Assembly: GCA_963782055.1 (NCBI GenBank)
Contig: CAWAIF010000003.1
Location: 3,040,001 to 3,104,000, forward strand
Reading direction: 5' to 3'
Origin: an uncultured delta proteobacterium
GTDB taxonomy: Bacteria; Myxococcota_A; Polyangia; Polyangiales; Polyangiaceae
Length of the DNA: 64,000 nucleotides
The notes under the pieces were generated by a model, which worked only from the letters and a program-made list of their open reading frames with translations, was not told the origin of the DNA and searched no databases. Within the stretch, counting starts at the first letter, position 1. Every line of letters begins with the position of its first letter. Shown piece by piece: positions 18,734 through 28,473 of this stretch. The position numbers and the translations under genes are program-made.

Positions 18734-19688
18734 GGCGCTTTCCGACAGGGAGCCGGCGCGCGCGGCGCTCCGCCTCCAGCACGGGGTCCTTCTTCTGCTG
18801 GCGCCGCCGCCGCCGGCGCAACATCCGCTCGGTGTGGGCGATGATCGCGCCGGCGACGTCCACGCCGCTGGTGCGCTCGATGCCCTCCAGGCCCGGGGAG
18901 CTGTTGATCTCCAGGATCTTCGGGCCGTCCTTGGCCTCCAGCATGTCCACGCCGGCGACCTCCAGGCCCATGACCTTGGCCGCGGCCACCGCCGCCGCCG
19001 CGTAGCGCGTGTCCAGCTTGACGCGGACGCCGGCGCCGCCGCGGTGGAGGTTGGAGCGGAACTCCCCAGCGCGCGCCTGCCGCCGCATCGCCGCGATGAC
19101 GCGGCTGCCCACCACGATGGCGCGCAGGTCGCGCCCGCGCGACTCGGCGATGTACTCCTGCAGGATGATGTCCTGGCCCATGGCCCACAGCGTCTCGAGC
19201 AGGGAGCTCACCGCCTGCGGCGTCTCGGCGATCATGGTGCCGATGCCCTGCGTGCCCTGCTGCAGCTTGACGATGGCGGGCGTGCCGCCCACGAGGCTCA
19301 GCGCGAACTCCACCGCGTCGGGCGTGCGGGCGCAGACGGTGGTGGGCACGTCGATGTCCTTGCGCGTGAGGAGCTGCATCGCGCGGAGCTTGTCGCGCGA
19401 GCGGGCGATGGCGACGGCGGTGTTGAGCACCGGCACGCCCATCATGTCGAACTGCCGCACCACCACCAGGCCATAGTTGGTGATGGAGGCGCCGATGCGC
19501 GGGATGACCATGTCCACCTCCGGCCTGGGCTGATCGCCGAGGTAGAGGGAGGGCCGCCCGCGCGAGACGACGACGTGGAAGTCCAGCGGGTCGGCGACCA
19601 TCACCTCGTGACCGCGCGCCCGCGCGGCCAGCACGAGACGGCTGGTGGAGTAGAGCGTGGCGTTGCGGGAGAGGACGAGGAGTCGCAT
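18714..19688 (-). CDS. rimK: RimK-family alpha-L-glutamate ligase
   Basis: LYSTSRL, IPRIGASIT, SRDKLRAMQLL, GTQGIG, QEYIAE..GRDLR, FRSNLHRGG, EINSSPGLEGIE; ATG at 19688. Confidence 0.93.
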   Translation of the reverse strand: MRLLVLSRNATLYSTSRLVLAARARGHEVMVADPLDFHVVVSRGRPSLYLGDQPRPEVDMVIPRIGASITNYGLVVVRQFDMMGVPVLNTAVAIARSRDKLRAMQLLTRKDIDVPTTVCARTPDAVEFALSLVGGTPAIVKLQQGTQGIGTMIAETPQAVSSLLETLWAMGQDIILQEYIAESRGRDLRAIVVGSRVIAAMRRQARAGEFRSNLHRGGAGVRVKLDTRYAAAAVAAAKVMGLEVAGVDMLEAKDGPKILEINSSPGLEGIERTSGVDVAGAIIAHTERMLRRRRRRQQKKDPVLEAERRARRLPVGKRHAARGA

Positions 19689-19747
19689 CGCGCGGAGGGT
19701 GCAACGTACGGGGCCCGCGTCCCGGGAGCAATCCCCACGCCCACACC

Positions 19748-20512
19748 TCAACCTTGCGGCTTCGGCTGCCCCCACCGGGCGGGCCAGTACGGCGGCTCGC
19801 GGTCGGGCACCTCGGTGGAGCCAGCGCGCTTGCGGCCGCCCTGGATCATCTCGAACACGCGCGTCGCGCCCACCGGCTTGCCGTTGCGTCCGACCACGCC
19901 CATGTCGCGGAGCGCCTCGACAATCTCGCGGATCTTGCGGCCGCTCTGGCGCATGGCGCGCACCACCGCGATGACGTCCTGCTCGCGCTCGTCGGGGACG
20001 AGCGTCTTCTTGTCCTCGCCCAGGCGGTAGCCCCAGGGGCAGCGGCCGGCGGCCTCCCCGCGGGCGCGCTTCATCGCCACCGCGGCGCGGCTGCGCAGGC
20101 GCGCGGCGGCGCGCTCGAACTCGGCGAAGGCGCCGACAAGCTTCGCCGCTTCCTCGGGCGTCTCGCGATCGCCTCGAGCCCACTGCAGCCGCGCGCCGTG
20201 CCTGGCCGCGAGGTGCGCGATGAGCGCGAGGGTCACCGGCGTCCGCGCCAGCCTGTCCCGGGAGGCGACCACCAGCACCGGCGCCTGCTTCGTCTTGAGG
20301 GCGAGCACCGCGGCGAGCAGTCCCTTGCGCTCGTCGACGGGCGCCGCGTCGTCCTGCCCGTCGTCCAGGTGCCACGCCACGATGCGCGCGCCGGTCGTCC
20401 TGGCCCAGCCGCGGATCGCCTCCCGCTGAGCCTCGGAGGAGGGGGAGCGCTCGCCCTTTCCGGTCCTCAGGTAGGCGATGGCCGGGGTGGCGGTGAGCTC
20501 GGGCGCGGGCAC
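19748..20512 (-). CDS. Serine recombinase (resolvase) family protein with degenerate active site
   Basis: AYLRTG in place of YxRVS; VASRDRLAR; AFAEFER; GRCPWGYRL..LVPDEREQ (recombinase-domain start). Confidence 0.8.
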   Translation of the reverse strand: MPAPELTATPAIAYLRTGKGERSPSSEAQREAIRGWARTTGARIVAWHLDDGQDDAAPVDERKGLLAAVLALKTKQAPVLVVASRDRLARTPVTLALIAHLAARHGARLQWARGDRETPEEAAKLVGAFAEFERAAARLRSRAAVAMKRARGEAAGRCPWGYRLGEDKKTLVPDEREQDVIAVVRAMRQSGRKIREIVEALRDMGVVGRNGKPVGATRVFEMIQGGRKRAGSTEVPDREPPYWPARWGQPKPQG

Positions 20513-20553
20513 GGCTCATTGTACGAGCCGCCGGCTGCGCTAGGCTAGCGCCA

Positions 20554-21579
20554 ATGGTCGCCGCGCCGGAGGTCGAGGAAGAGCTGCTGCTGCCGCCGGC
20601 GGACGGCGACGAAGACGACAACGAAGCGCTCGGCGACGCCGAGGACGCCGACGACGTCACCGTCCCGGGCGACGCGCACGACCCCTACGACGATGCCCTC
20701 GCCGACGAGAGCGCCTTCGCCGACCCGATCGACGTCGTGGAGGAGGCGAGCGCGCTGGGCGACGACGAGACGGGCGTCGGTGACGACGCGGGGGACGCGG
20801 TCGCCGCGCGCGAGGAGACCGGCCTGCTCGGCGATGACGACCCGCTCGGCGTGGAGGGCGAGGACTTCGGCCTGGAGGAGGACCCGCGCGACGGCGAGAA
20901 GGACTCCGGCGAGGAGGGCTTCGAGGAGGCGGAGGAGGAGCTGCGCGCCGAGGACCTGCCCGACCTGGACGCCGACGAGGAGGGCGAGGCGGAGGACGAC
21001 CTCTTCTTCGAGGACCTGCCGCGGGAGGGCGAGGGTCTACCGTGGGACGACCGCGGGTGGGACGTCGCCTTCGCCGGCGCCATCGGCAACGTGACGCGCC
21101 TGCGCGTGCACGCCGCCGTGGAGGCGTGGCTCGCCGACGGGCGGATGCTCCGGCTGCGCGACGCGACCGCCACCTTCACCACGGCCGACGATCAGGAGCC
21201 CGAGCCCCACGACGATGCGCTGGTGGTCAAGGGCCGCGTCCGGGCGATGCTCCGGGAGGGCACCGGCGTGCTGCGCGCGCTCGGTGAGGGCCCGCTCGTG
21301 CCGCTCGCGGGCACCGCGGAGGCGACGGGCTTCGACCTGCGCGGCAACGACGGCGAGGTGGTCGCGGCGGTGCCCGCGCCGGAGGGCCGCGTGCTGCTCA
21401 TCCTGATCAGCGCGGAGGGCGACACGCGCGTCGTGGCGGACGTGAGCGCCACCGCCGACGCCGCGGGGGAGGACGCTCGCGTGGCGGCGGTCGCGGCGGA
21501 CGCCCGCGGCAAGGTGTGGGTCGGCGGCCCCTTCGGCGTGCTGGCCTTCGTGCCTCGCCCGCGTCGCGCGCCGCAGTAA
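20554..21579 (+). CDS. Hypothetical protein with a very acidic N-terminal half
   Basis: First ~165 aa dominated by D/E; beta-strand-like C-terminal domain; TAGGCT 7 nt before ATG. Confidence 0.7.
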   Translation: MVAAPEVEEELLLPPADGDEDDNEALGDAEDADDVTVPGDAHDPYDDALADESAFADPIDVVEEASALGDDETGVGDDAGDAVAAREETGLLGDDDPLGVEGEDFGLEEDPRDGEKDSGEEGFEEAEEELRAEDLPDLDADEEGEAEDDLFFEDLPREGEGLPWDDRGWDVAFAGAIGNVTRLRVHAAVEAWLADGRMLRLRDATATFTTADDQEPEPHDDALVVKGRVRAMLREGTGVLRALGEGPLVPLAGTAEATGFDLRGNDGEVVAAVPAPEGRVLLILISAEGDTRVVADVSATADAAGEDARVAAVAADARGKVWVGGPFGVLAFVPRPRRAPQ

Positions 21580-21618
21580 GTTGTTCCTGCTCGCCCGGGC
21601 GTGATACCGCGTCGTCCC

Positions 21619-22806
21619 ATGGCCATCATCGTCCAGAAATACGGGGGATCGTCGGTGGCGGACGTCGAGAAGCTCGGCCAGGTCGCCGACAAGGTGGTCG
21701 CCACGCGTCGCGCCGGCTTCGACGTCGTCGTGGTGGTCAGCGCGATGGGCAAGACCACCGACGAGCTCATCGCCCTCGCGCGTCGCGTGTCGAAGGACCC
21801 GCCGCGGCGCGAGCTGGACATGCTGGTGACCACCGGCGAGCGCGTCTCGATGGCCCTGCTCGCCACCGCCATCCACGCCCGCGGCGAGGCGGCCATCAGC
21901 TTCACCGGCAGCCAGTCGGGGATCATCACGAGCGATCGCCACTTCGACGCGCGCATCATCGAGGTGCGCCCCCACCGGATCGAGGACGAGCTCGACCGCG
22001 GCAAGGTGGTCATCGTCGCCGGCTACCAGGGCATGAGCTACAAGCGCGAGATCACCACGCTCGGCCGCGGCGGCTCCGACACCACCGCCGTGGCCCTCGC
22101 CGCGGCGCTGGGGGCCGAGCGCTGCGAGATCTACAGCGACGTGGACGGCGTCTACTCCGCGGACCCGCGCGTGGTGGCGGAGGCGAAGCACCTGCCGGAG
22201 GTGGACCTCGCCATGCTGCAGGAGATGGCGGAGGCCGGCGCCAAGGTGCTCAACGCGCAGGCGGTGGAGTGGGCGCGCCGCGCGAAGGTGGCGCTCTTCG
22301 CGCGCAGGACGGCGGACATGATCGGGCCGAGCGGCCACCCGGCGAAGCAGACGGTCGCGCGGGAGATCGCCCCGCCGAAGGACCACCTGGCGCGCGCGGT
22401 CGTCGGCATGGACCGCGTCGTGCGGATCACCTGCGCGACCCTCCACCTCGCGCGCTTCGCCGAGGCCGCCGCCGCGCTCGAGCTTCCCCTCCTCGACGTG
22501 AGCGCCGCCGGCGCGGAGGCGACGGCCCTCGTCCCCCTCCTCAACGTGCCCGACTGGGACCACCGCCGCGCGCGGCTGGAGCAGGAGCTGGGCAAGACGG
22601 TGGCGCTGCAGGAGGGCTGCGCGGTCGCGAGCGTGGTGGGAAACGGCCTCACCGCCGGCGGCGGGCTGGGCCGCTTCCTGGCCGTGCTGGAAGGCGCCGG
22701 CGCGCCGTGCTCCTCCGTCTTCGCCGGCCCGCTGCGCCTCGCCGCCACCATCCCCTCCGAGAAGCTCGGCGACGTCCAGCGCGCCCTCCACGCCGCCTTC
22801 GTCTGA
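21619..22806 (+). CDS. lysC: Aspartate kinase
   Basis: [57 protein letters not shown]. Confidence 0.93.
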   Translation: MAIIVQKYGGSSVADVEKLGQVADKVVATRRAGFDVVVVVSAMGKTTDELIALARRVSKDPPRRELDMLVTTGERVSMALLATAIHARGEAAISFTGSQSGIITSDRHFDARIIEVRPHRIEDELDRGKVVIVAGYQGMSYKREITTLGRGGSDTTAVALAAALGAERCEIYSDVDGVYSADPRVVAEAKHLPEVDLAMLQEMAEAGAKVLNAQAVEWARRAKVALFARRTADMIGPSGHPAKQTVAREIAPPKDHLARAVVGMDRVVRITCATLHLARFAEAAAALELPLLDVSAAGAEATALVPLLNVPDWDHRRARLEQELGKTVALQEGCAVASVVGNGLTAGGGLGRFLAVLEGAGAPCSSVFAGPLRLAATIPSEKLGDVQRALHAAFV

Positions 22807-22901
22807 TCCGGGCTCTTTCTCGGCCTCCGCTGCGTCCGCGGAGGGGGCGCGGGGGGTGGTCCTTGCGCGGGGTGTCGGGCCGCGGTAACACGCCCGAGCC
22901 C

Positions 22902-23816
22902 GTGGCCGAAGCCCCCCTCAAGAAGAAGAAGAAGCGCAGCGCGGCCGCCGTCCAGAAGGAGCTGCGCGAGCTCTCCAAGCCGTCCGATCGCCCGCCGGTC
23001 GACCTGAAGAAGCTCTACGTCCGCGTCGGCGCGGGGATCGTGGTGGGCTGGATCATCGCCATCGGCCTCTGGTCGTGGCTGCGCAGCGGCTGGCCGCTCA
23101 TCGTCGCCGCGGCGGCGACCGCCGGCGTGATCGGCGTGGGCATCTGGCTCGTCCGCTACACCAAGAAGAGCGAGGCGCTCGGCGCCATCCTGCGCTCCGC
23201 CGAGACGGACGAGGGCCGCAAGGAGGCGCTCAAGCGCCTGGAGACCGACTTCAAGAAGGGCGACACGCAGGCCACCATCGCCCGCGCGCAGCTCGAGATG
23301 CAGGACGACCCCCGCAAGGCGCTGGAGACGCTCGAGGGCATCAACCTGGACAAGATCATGACGCCCATGGCGGACCAGGTGCGCGCGCTCCGCGCGATGA
23401 TCCACCTCACCGTGGGCGAGACCGCCAAGGCGCGCGCCCTGGCCGATCAGCTCGAGCTGGGCAAGCAGCAGGAGCCGAAGACACGCGCCATGTTCGCGAC
23501 CGTGGCGGGTGAGGCGTGGGCCCGCACCGGGGCGGCGAAGAAGGCGGTGGAGACGCTGGAGCTCTTCAACCCGGAGGACCCGGGCAACGAGGAGATGCGC
23601 ATCCAGATGTGGCGCGCCCGCGCGTTCGCCTACGCGGCCAACGGGGACATGAAGGCCGCCGAGCGCGCCCTCAAGAAGCTCGCGGAGGCGAACCCGCACC
23701 TGCTCGCCATGTTCGTGGGCAACAAGAAGGTGCACCCGCTGCTGGAGCGCGCCGCCAAGCAAATCCTCATGCGCAGCGGCGCCGTCCCGCGCAAGATGGT
23801 CCGCCAGCGGATGTAG
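22902..23816 (+). CDS. Membrane-anchored helical-repeat (TPR-like) protein
   Basis: GTG at 22902; basic N-terminus, two TM segments, helical C-terminal domain. Confidence 0.7.
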   Translation: MAEAPLKKKKKRSAAAVQKELRELSKPSDRPPVDLKKLYVRVGAGIVVGWIIAIGLWSWLRSGWPLIVAAAATAGVIGVGIWLVRYTKKSEALGAILRSAETDEGRKEALKRLETDFKKGDTQATIARAQLEMQDDPRKALETLEGINLDKIMTPMADQVRALRAMIHLTVGETAKARALADQLELGKQQEPKTRAMFATVAGEAWARTGAAKKAVETLELFNPEDPGNEEMRIQMWRARAFAYAANGDMKAAERALKKLAEANPHLLAMFVGNKKVHPLLERAAKQILMRSGAVPRKMVRQRM

Positions 23817-23978
23817 TCACCCGCGCTCGCGCGCGGTCGGCACGCGACGCCGCGGCAGCGCCCCGGCGAGGAGCGTGACGGCGCGGGCGATCTCCTGCTC
23901 GTCGAGCGGCGCGAAGCCCAGGCGCAGGTACGGCTTCGGGCGCCCGTCGAAGGTGAAGCGGCTCGCCGCGTGCACGAG
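23817..23978 (-). pseudogene. 3' remnant of a MocR/GabR-family (PLP aminotransferase-like) regulator
   Basis: Minus strand reads LVHAASRFTFDGRPKPYLRLGFAPLDEQEIARAVTLLAGALP..* (typical MocR C-terminus); the upstream bulk of the gene is absent. Confidence 0.7.
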
Positions 23979-23986
23979 GTCGCGAG

Positions 23987-24843
23987 GTGGTGGTCTCCGC
24001 CGAGGAGGTCGTCGCCCCCATCCCGAGCTACTTCGTCGATCCCCGCCGCGCCTGCCCGGCCACGACGCTGTACCGCTCGGTGCAGGTGCACGGCGTGCTG
24101 CGGGAGGTGACGGGCGGCCCCGCGAAGGCGGCCGCCCTGCGCGCCCTTCTCGCGAAGCACCAGCCGGAGGGCGGCTTCGTCCCGGTGCACGAGGAGGACC
24201 CGCTCTACGCGAAGACCATCGCCGGCCTGCTGGTGCTCGCGGTCTCTCTCGAGCGGCTGGACGGCAAGCGGAAGCTCGGCCACAACCGCACGCCTCCGGA
24301 GCGCGCGCGGATGGTCGAGCACATGTGGCGGCGCGGCGCGCCGGGGGACGCGCGGGCGATCGACCTGGTCCTGGACGCGTGCGACGACACCCCGCTCCCC
24401 GCCTTCCTGCGCGGACCCGACGGCGTACGCCTGCGATGCGCCCTCCGACCAGAGGACGCGGGCGAGACCGCCGCGCTGCTGGAGGGTGCGTACTGGAACA
24501 ATCGCTTCACCCGCGCCGAGCTCGCGCGTGCCCAGTCGGGGTCGGTCGCGTGGGTCGGCGCGCGCGACGCGACCGGCGCGCTGATCGCGTCGGCGCGCGC
24601 CATCTCCGACGGCGCCAAGCACGCCTGGTCTACGACGTGATCGTCGCTCCGTCGTGGCGTGGCCGGCGTCTGGGCGACGCGGTGCTGCGTCTGCTCCTCG
24701 ACCACCCCGCCGTCCGCGGCTGCCGCTTCGTGCACCTGGGCACCCGCGACGCCCAGGGGTTCTACGCGCGCCTCGGCTTCCGCCCGCGCGACGAGCTGCC
24801 TCCGCGCCTCTACCCGACGACGACGATGACCCTGGTGCGATAG
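23987..24843 (+). pseudogene. 5'-truncated FMN-binding split-barrel (PNPOx/PaiB-like)-GNAT acetyltransferase fusion with a frameshift near 24627
   Basis: ACPATTLYRSVQVHG..GKRKLGHNR; GNAT SARAISDGAKHAW continues in another frame as VYDVIVAPSWRGRRLG..QGFYARLGF; tggtc would need to be tgggtc. Confidence 0.75.
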
Positions 24844-24849
24844 GCCGCA

Positions 24850-24876
24850 CAACGCTCCTCCACCCCGGGCCGAAGG
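24850..24876 (+). promoter_or_regulatory. Sigma28 (FliA/WhiG)-like promoter
   Basis: CAAC-N15-GCCGAAGG versus consensus TAAA-N15-GCCGATAA; AGGAGGT RBS at 24884-24890. Confidence 0.45.
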
Positions 24877-24895
24877 GCGGGGCAGGAGGTATCCC

Positions 24896-25708
24896 ATGAG
24901 CAACGTTTCCGGAGTGCGGCAGGCCAACGCGTACGGCGATCAGGACATCGACGGGATCGCGGGCAACGAGCAGGTGTCCACCAACACCGCCATCAACAGC
25001 ATCGCCAACCACGCCGGCGTCGGTCGCGATGTGAGCGTCCGCGGCGACGACAGGTCGGAGCGAGAGATCCACGCCGAGCACAAGCGGGAGCAGGGCAAGG
25101 ACGGCGCCGAGGAGCTGGCGGCGCATGGCGTATACGAGTACGGGGTCACCCCCCTGGTCGGGCACGTCCTGGGCGCCGTGGCCGAGGGGGCGCTGTTGCC
25201 CGCCGGCCTCGTCGTGGCCGGCGCGATGATGATGATGAACGTGGGCGAGGACGGCCAGGTCGGCGCGGAGCGCGCCAACGCCAACGTGCGCGATCAGATG
25301 CACGTGATGATCCTCGGCACCCTGAACGGCCTGCCGCAGGCCTACGTCGACAAGGAGATGGGCCGCTACACCGCCGACCAGAAGAACAGCAGCTTCGTCG
25401 GCCGGATGAACGCCGACCTCGGCAAGAACGTCGCCGACCAGCAGGCGATGGCGGTCATCCAGCTCCATGGCGATCAGGGGATGAACGCCGCCCGGCAGAT
25501 GTGCGACGCCAGGACGGACAAGGATGCCTACATGAAGGCGCACCCCGACGTGGCCAAGCGCTACGCCCAGGACGCAGCCTTCCGCTACGGCTTCGACGGC
25601 GTGGTCTTCGCCCAGCAGCAGGGGCCTGACGCCTACAAGGACGTGATCGTCGGCCTCCAGGCTCGCGACGCGCGCTACACCGCGCACCACGTGGCGGTGC
25701 AGGGATGA
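24896..25708 (+). CDS. Hypothetical protein, possible type III-secreted substrate
   Basis: Strong RBS; polar S/N/Q-rich N-terminus with no Sec signal; central hydrophobic segment; 270 aa. Confidence 0.75.
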   Translation: MSNVSGVRQANAYGDQDIDGIAGNEQVSTNTAINSIANHAGVGRDVSVRGDDRSEREIHAEHKREQGKDGAEELAAHGVYEYGVTPLVGHVLGAVAEGALLPAGLVVAGAMMMMNVGEDGQVGAERANANVRDQMHVMILGTLNGLPQAYVDKEMGRYTADQKNSSFVGRMNADLGKNVADQQAMAVIQLHGDQGMNAARQMCDARTDKDAYMKAHPDVAKRYAQDAAFRYGFDGVVFAQQQGPDAYKDVIVGLQARDARYTAHHVAVQG

Positions 25709-25980
25709 CCTCCGCGCAGCCCTGGCTGGGTCCGAAGATGCGACGTCTGGGCCGCAGCCTGCTCGTCGGCAGCGCCCTGTACATCTGGGCCGAAAGGTCC
25801 TGGTGGATGGTTGCCGTCTGCGGAATCGTCGCTGCAGCCTACGCCGTGCTTGCGGTGTTCTCCCCCGCGATGGCGTCGGACTGGGCGCCGGGGCGCGCGT
25901 GGCTCCGGTGGCGCGAGCGCCGGCTGGCGCTGAAGGTGGCGGCGATGGAGCGCCGGCTCACCACGCTGGAGGTGCGGTGA
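25705..25980 (+). CDS. Small membrane protein (paralog 1)
   Basis: ATGA overlap; two hydrophobic segments; WAPGRAWLRWRERR motif. Confidence 0.65.
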   Translation: MTSAQPWLGPKMRRLGRSLLVGSALYIWAERSWWMVAVCGIVAAAYAVLAVFSPAMASDWAPGRAWLRWRERRLALKVAAMERRLTTLEVR

Positions 25981-26390
25981 TGGTCGACACAGTCGTCGTC
26001 GGCTGGCTCATGCGCCACGGCTGGTCGGAGCGCTGGCATGTCTGGTCACTCGACCACGCCGGGCTGATGGTGCTCGCGTCGGTGGGGTGCTTGCTCGTGT
26101 CGATGATCCTGCACCTCCTCCTGTCGCCGCCGCTCGTGCGGCGAACGTGGCTCGGCCGCGCGTGGCTCCGGTGGGAGCGCGAGCGAGTCGGGGCGGAGGC
26201 GCTCGCCCTCGAGCAATCGGTGATCGGGGTTCGGGTGCCGGCGATCCCCGGCAGCTCCGGCTCGGTGTACCGCACACCCTCGGTGCCCGCCGACGCCATG
26301 CTCCCGCCGGCCCCGCCGGGCGCTCCTCACCCGGCGTGGCGCGCGCGCCGTCACGCACAGACGCGCGCGCTGCTGAACCGGGGGCGCTAG
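25980..26390 (+). CDS. Small membrane protein (paralog 2)
   Basis: TGATG overlap at 25978-25982; TM segment; WLGRAWLRWERER motif. Confidence 0.6.
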   Translation: MVDTVVVGWLMRHGWSERWHVWSLDHAGLMVLASVGCLLVSMILHLLLSPPLVRRTWLGRAWLRWERERVGAEALALEQSVIGVRVPAIPGSSGSVYRTPSVPADAMLPPAPPGAPHPAWRARRHAQTRALLNRGR

Positions 26391-26400
26391 CCCGCGCGGG

Positions 26401-28365
26401 TCAGCCGATGCCGGCCAGGTTCGCGCGGGCGAGCGGGCGCAGCGCGACCTCCGGGAGCAGCTCGGCGAAGCTCACCACCGTCAGCTCGGGCATCTCGGCG
26501 TCCACCAGCTTGCGCACGAAGCGCCGGATGTCCGGCTGCGTCAGCACCACCGCCGCGCCCCGCTCGCTCTCCGCGCGCGCCTCGGTCACCGCGCGTCGCA
26601 CCGAGGCGATGACGTCGCGCGCCGCCGCCGGCGCCAGCGTGAGGAAGGCGCCGTTGGGCGTGCGGGTGATCGCGCGCCGTACCGTGTCCTCGATGGTCGG
26701 GTCGATGAGGATGACGCCCAGGTGGTCCGAGCCGCGCGTCAGCTTGAAGGTGATGGCGCGCCGGAGCTGCGCGCGCACGAACTCGGCGAGGTTGAGCGGG
26801 TCCTTCTCGCTCCCGGCGACGACCGAGAGCGCCTCCAGGATGGCGCGCAGATCGCGCACGCTCACGCGCTCCTCCACCAGCCGGCGAAGCACGTCGGCCA
26901 GCAGCGTGAGGGAGACCGGCTTGGGCACGACGTTGCGCACGACGGCCGGAGTGTACTGCTCCAGCTCGTCCAGCAGCCGCTGCGTCTCGTTGAGGCCGAG
27001 GAAGTCCGCGGCGCGCGCGCGCAGGAGCCCCGCGACGTGGTCGGCGACGACGCCGGGCACCTCCTCGTCGGGCACCTCGTCGGGGATGGGCAGGAGCTTC
27101 GCCGGGACCTCGTGCAGCGAGACGACGACGTGGCGCGCGGGCAGGCCGCTCACCGCGCGCACGCGCGGGGCGGGCAGGGGGACGCCCAGCTCGCCGAAGA
27201 CGCTCTCGCGCAGGGTGAGCACGCGCCCCCGGATCCCCGGGGCCTCGCCCTCGCTGGTGCTCACCGGCTCCAGCAGGGCGACCAGGTCCTCGCTCACCTC
27301 CACGCTCCACGGCACCACCACCGGGACGAACTGCGGGCCGCGCCGCGTCTGCGGCTGGGGTGTCGGCTCGGTGGCGGCGCGCTGCGCCTCCCGCGCGAGC
27401 TGCTTCGTCCGGCTGCGCGCGATGAGGAAGAGGATGACGGCGAGGAGCAGGAAGGGCGCCGTGGGCAGCCCGGGGACGATCGCCAGGCCCAGCACGAAGA
27501 AGGAGGCGACGCGGATGGCCTTGGGGGTACCGAAGAGCTGGCGCGAGAGCTCCTCGCCGAGCGGGGTGTCCGGCTCTTCGCTCGCCGTGCGCGTCACGAG
27601 CACCCCCGCGGCCGTGGAGAGCACCAGCGCGGGGATCTGCGAGACCAGGCCGTCGCCGATGGTCAGCAGGCCGTAGCGCTTGAGGGCGAAGACGGCGGAG
27701 AGGTCCTTCTGCCCGACGCCGATGGCGAGGCCGGCCAGGATGTTGATGACGGTGATGACGAGCGACGCGATGACGTCGCCCTTGACGAACTTCATCGCCC
27801 CGTCCATCGACCCGTAGAACTGGCTCTCGCGAGCGAGCAGGCGGCGGCGGCGGCGCGCCTCGTTGCCGTCGATGGAGCCGCTGCGCAGCTCTGCGTCGAT
27901 GGCCATCTGCTTGCCGGGCATGGCGTCCAGCACGAAGCGCGCCCCCACCTCGGCCACCCGCTCGCCGCCCTTGGCGATGACGACGAACTGGATGACGGTG
28001 AGCACCAAGAAGACGACGGCGCCCACGACGTAGTTGCCCCGCACCACGAAGTTGCCGAACGCGCGGATGACCTCCCCGGCGTTGGCCTGCAGGAGGATGA
28101 GCCGGCACGATGAGACGTTCAGCCCCAGCCGGAAGAGGGTGGTGAGCAGCAGGACCGTGGGGAAGGTCGCGATGGCGATGGCGTCCGGCACGTAGAGAAC
28201 GACCAGCAGGATGGCGACCGACATGGAGAGGTTGGTCGCGATGAGAATGTCCAGCAGCCACGTGGGCAGCGGCACGATCATCATGGCCACGACGGCGATG
28301 ACGAGGACCGCCAGGGCCACGTCCGCCATTCCGAGACCCTTGCCCCCGCGGGAGAGGAGCGCCAT
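26401..28365 (-). CDS. flhA: Type III export gate protein FlhA/SctV (FHIPEP family)
   Basis: FPTVLLLTTLFRLGLNV, IQFVVIAKGGERVAEVGARFVLDAMPGKQMAIDAEL, ESQFYGSMDGAMKFVKGDVIA, TIGDGLVSQIP; flagellar vs injectisome type unresolved. Confidence 0.93.
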   Translation of the reverse strand: MALLSRGGKGLGMADVALAVLVIAVVAMMIVPLPTWLLDILIATNLSMSVAILLVVLYVPDAIAIATFPTVLLLTTLFRLGLNVSSCRLILLQANAGEVIRAFGNFVVRGNYVVGAVVFLVLTVIQFVVIAKGGERVAEVGARFVLDAMPGKQMAIDAELRSGSIDGNEARRRRRLLARESQFYGSMDGAMKFVKGDVIASLVITVINILAGLAIGVGQKDLSAVFALKRYGLLTIGDGLVSQIPALVLSTAAGVLVTRTASEEPDTPLGEELSRQLFGTPKAIRVASFFVLGLAIVPGLPTAPFLLLAVILFLIARSRTKQLAREAQRAATEPTPQPQTRRGPQFVPVVVPWSVEVSEDLVALLEPVSTSEGEAPGIRGRVLTLRESVFGELGVPLPAPRVRAVSGLPARHVVVSLHEVPAKLLPIPDEVPDEEVPGVVADHVAGLLRARAADFLGLNETQRLLDELEQYTPAVVRNVVPKPVSLTLLADVLRRLVEERVSVRDLRAILEALSVVAGSEKDPLNLAEFVRAQLRRAITFKLTRGSDHLGVILIDPTIEDTVRRAITRTPNGAFLTLAPAAARDVIASVRRAVTEARAESERGAAVVLTQPDIRRFVRKLVDAEMPELTVVSFAELLPEVALRPLARANLAGIG

Positions 28366-28473
28366 CCTGCTGGATTTCGCCACGGCCGACCAAGGTAGCT
28401 GGGCTTGGGTACGGAGCCAAGCTCGGGTGAAAGTCACGAGCTCGGGGCGTTCTTGGCTATACTGGACCTTCGC

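Noticed and set aside
18714..20660. 648-aa ORF suggesting an N-terminally extended RimK
   Set aside because: The extension is an off-frame reading of the recombinase gene; RimK homology starts at 19688
19748..21579. Prophage or integrative element around the recombinase
   Set aside because: No att repeats, tRNA, phage or transposase genes, or compositional shift
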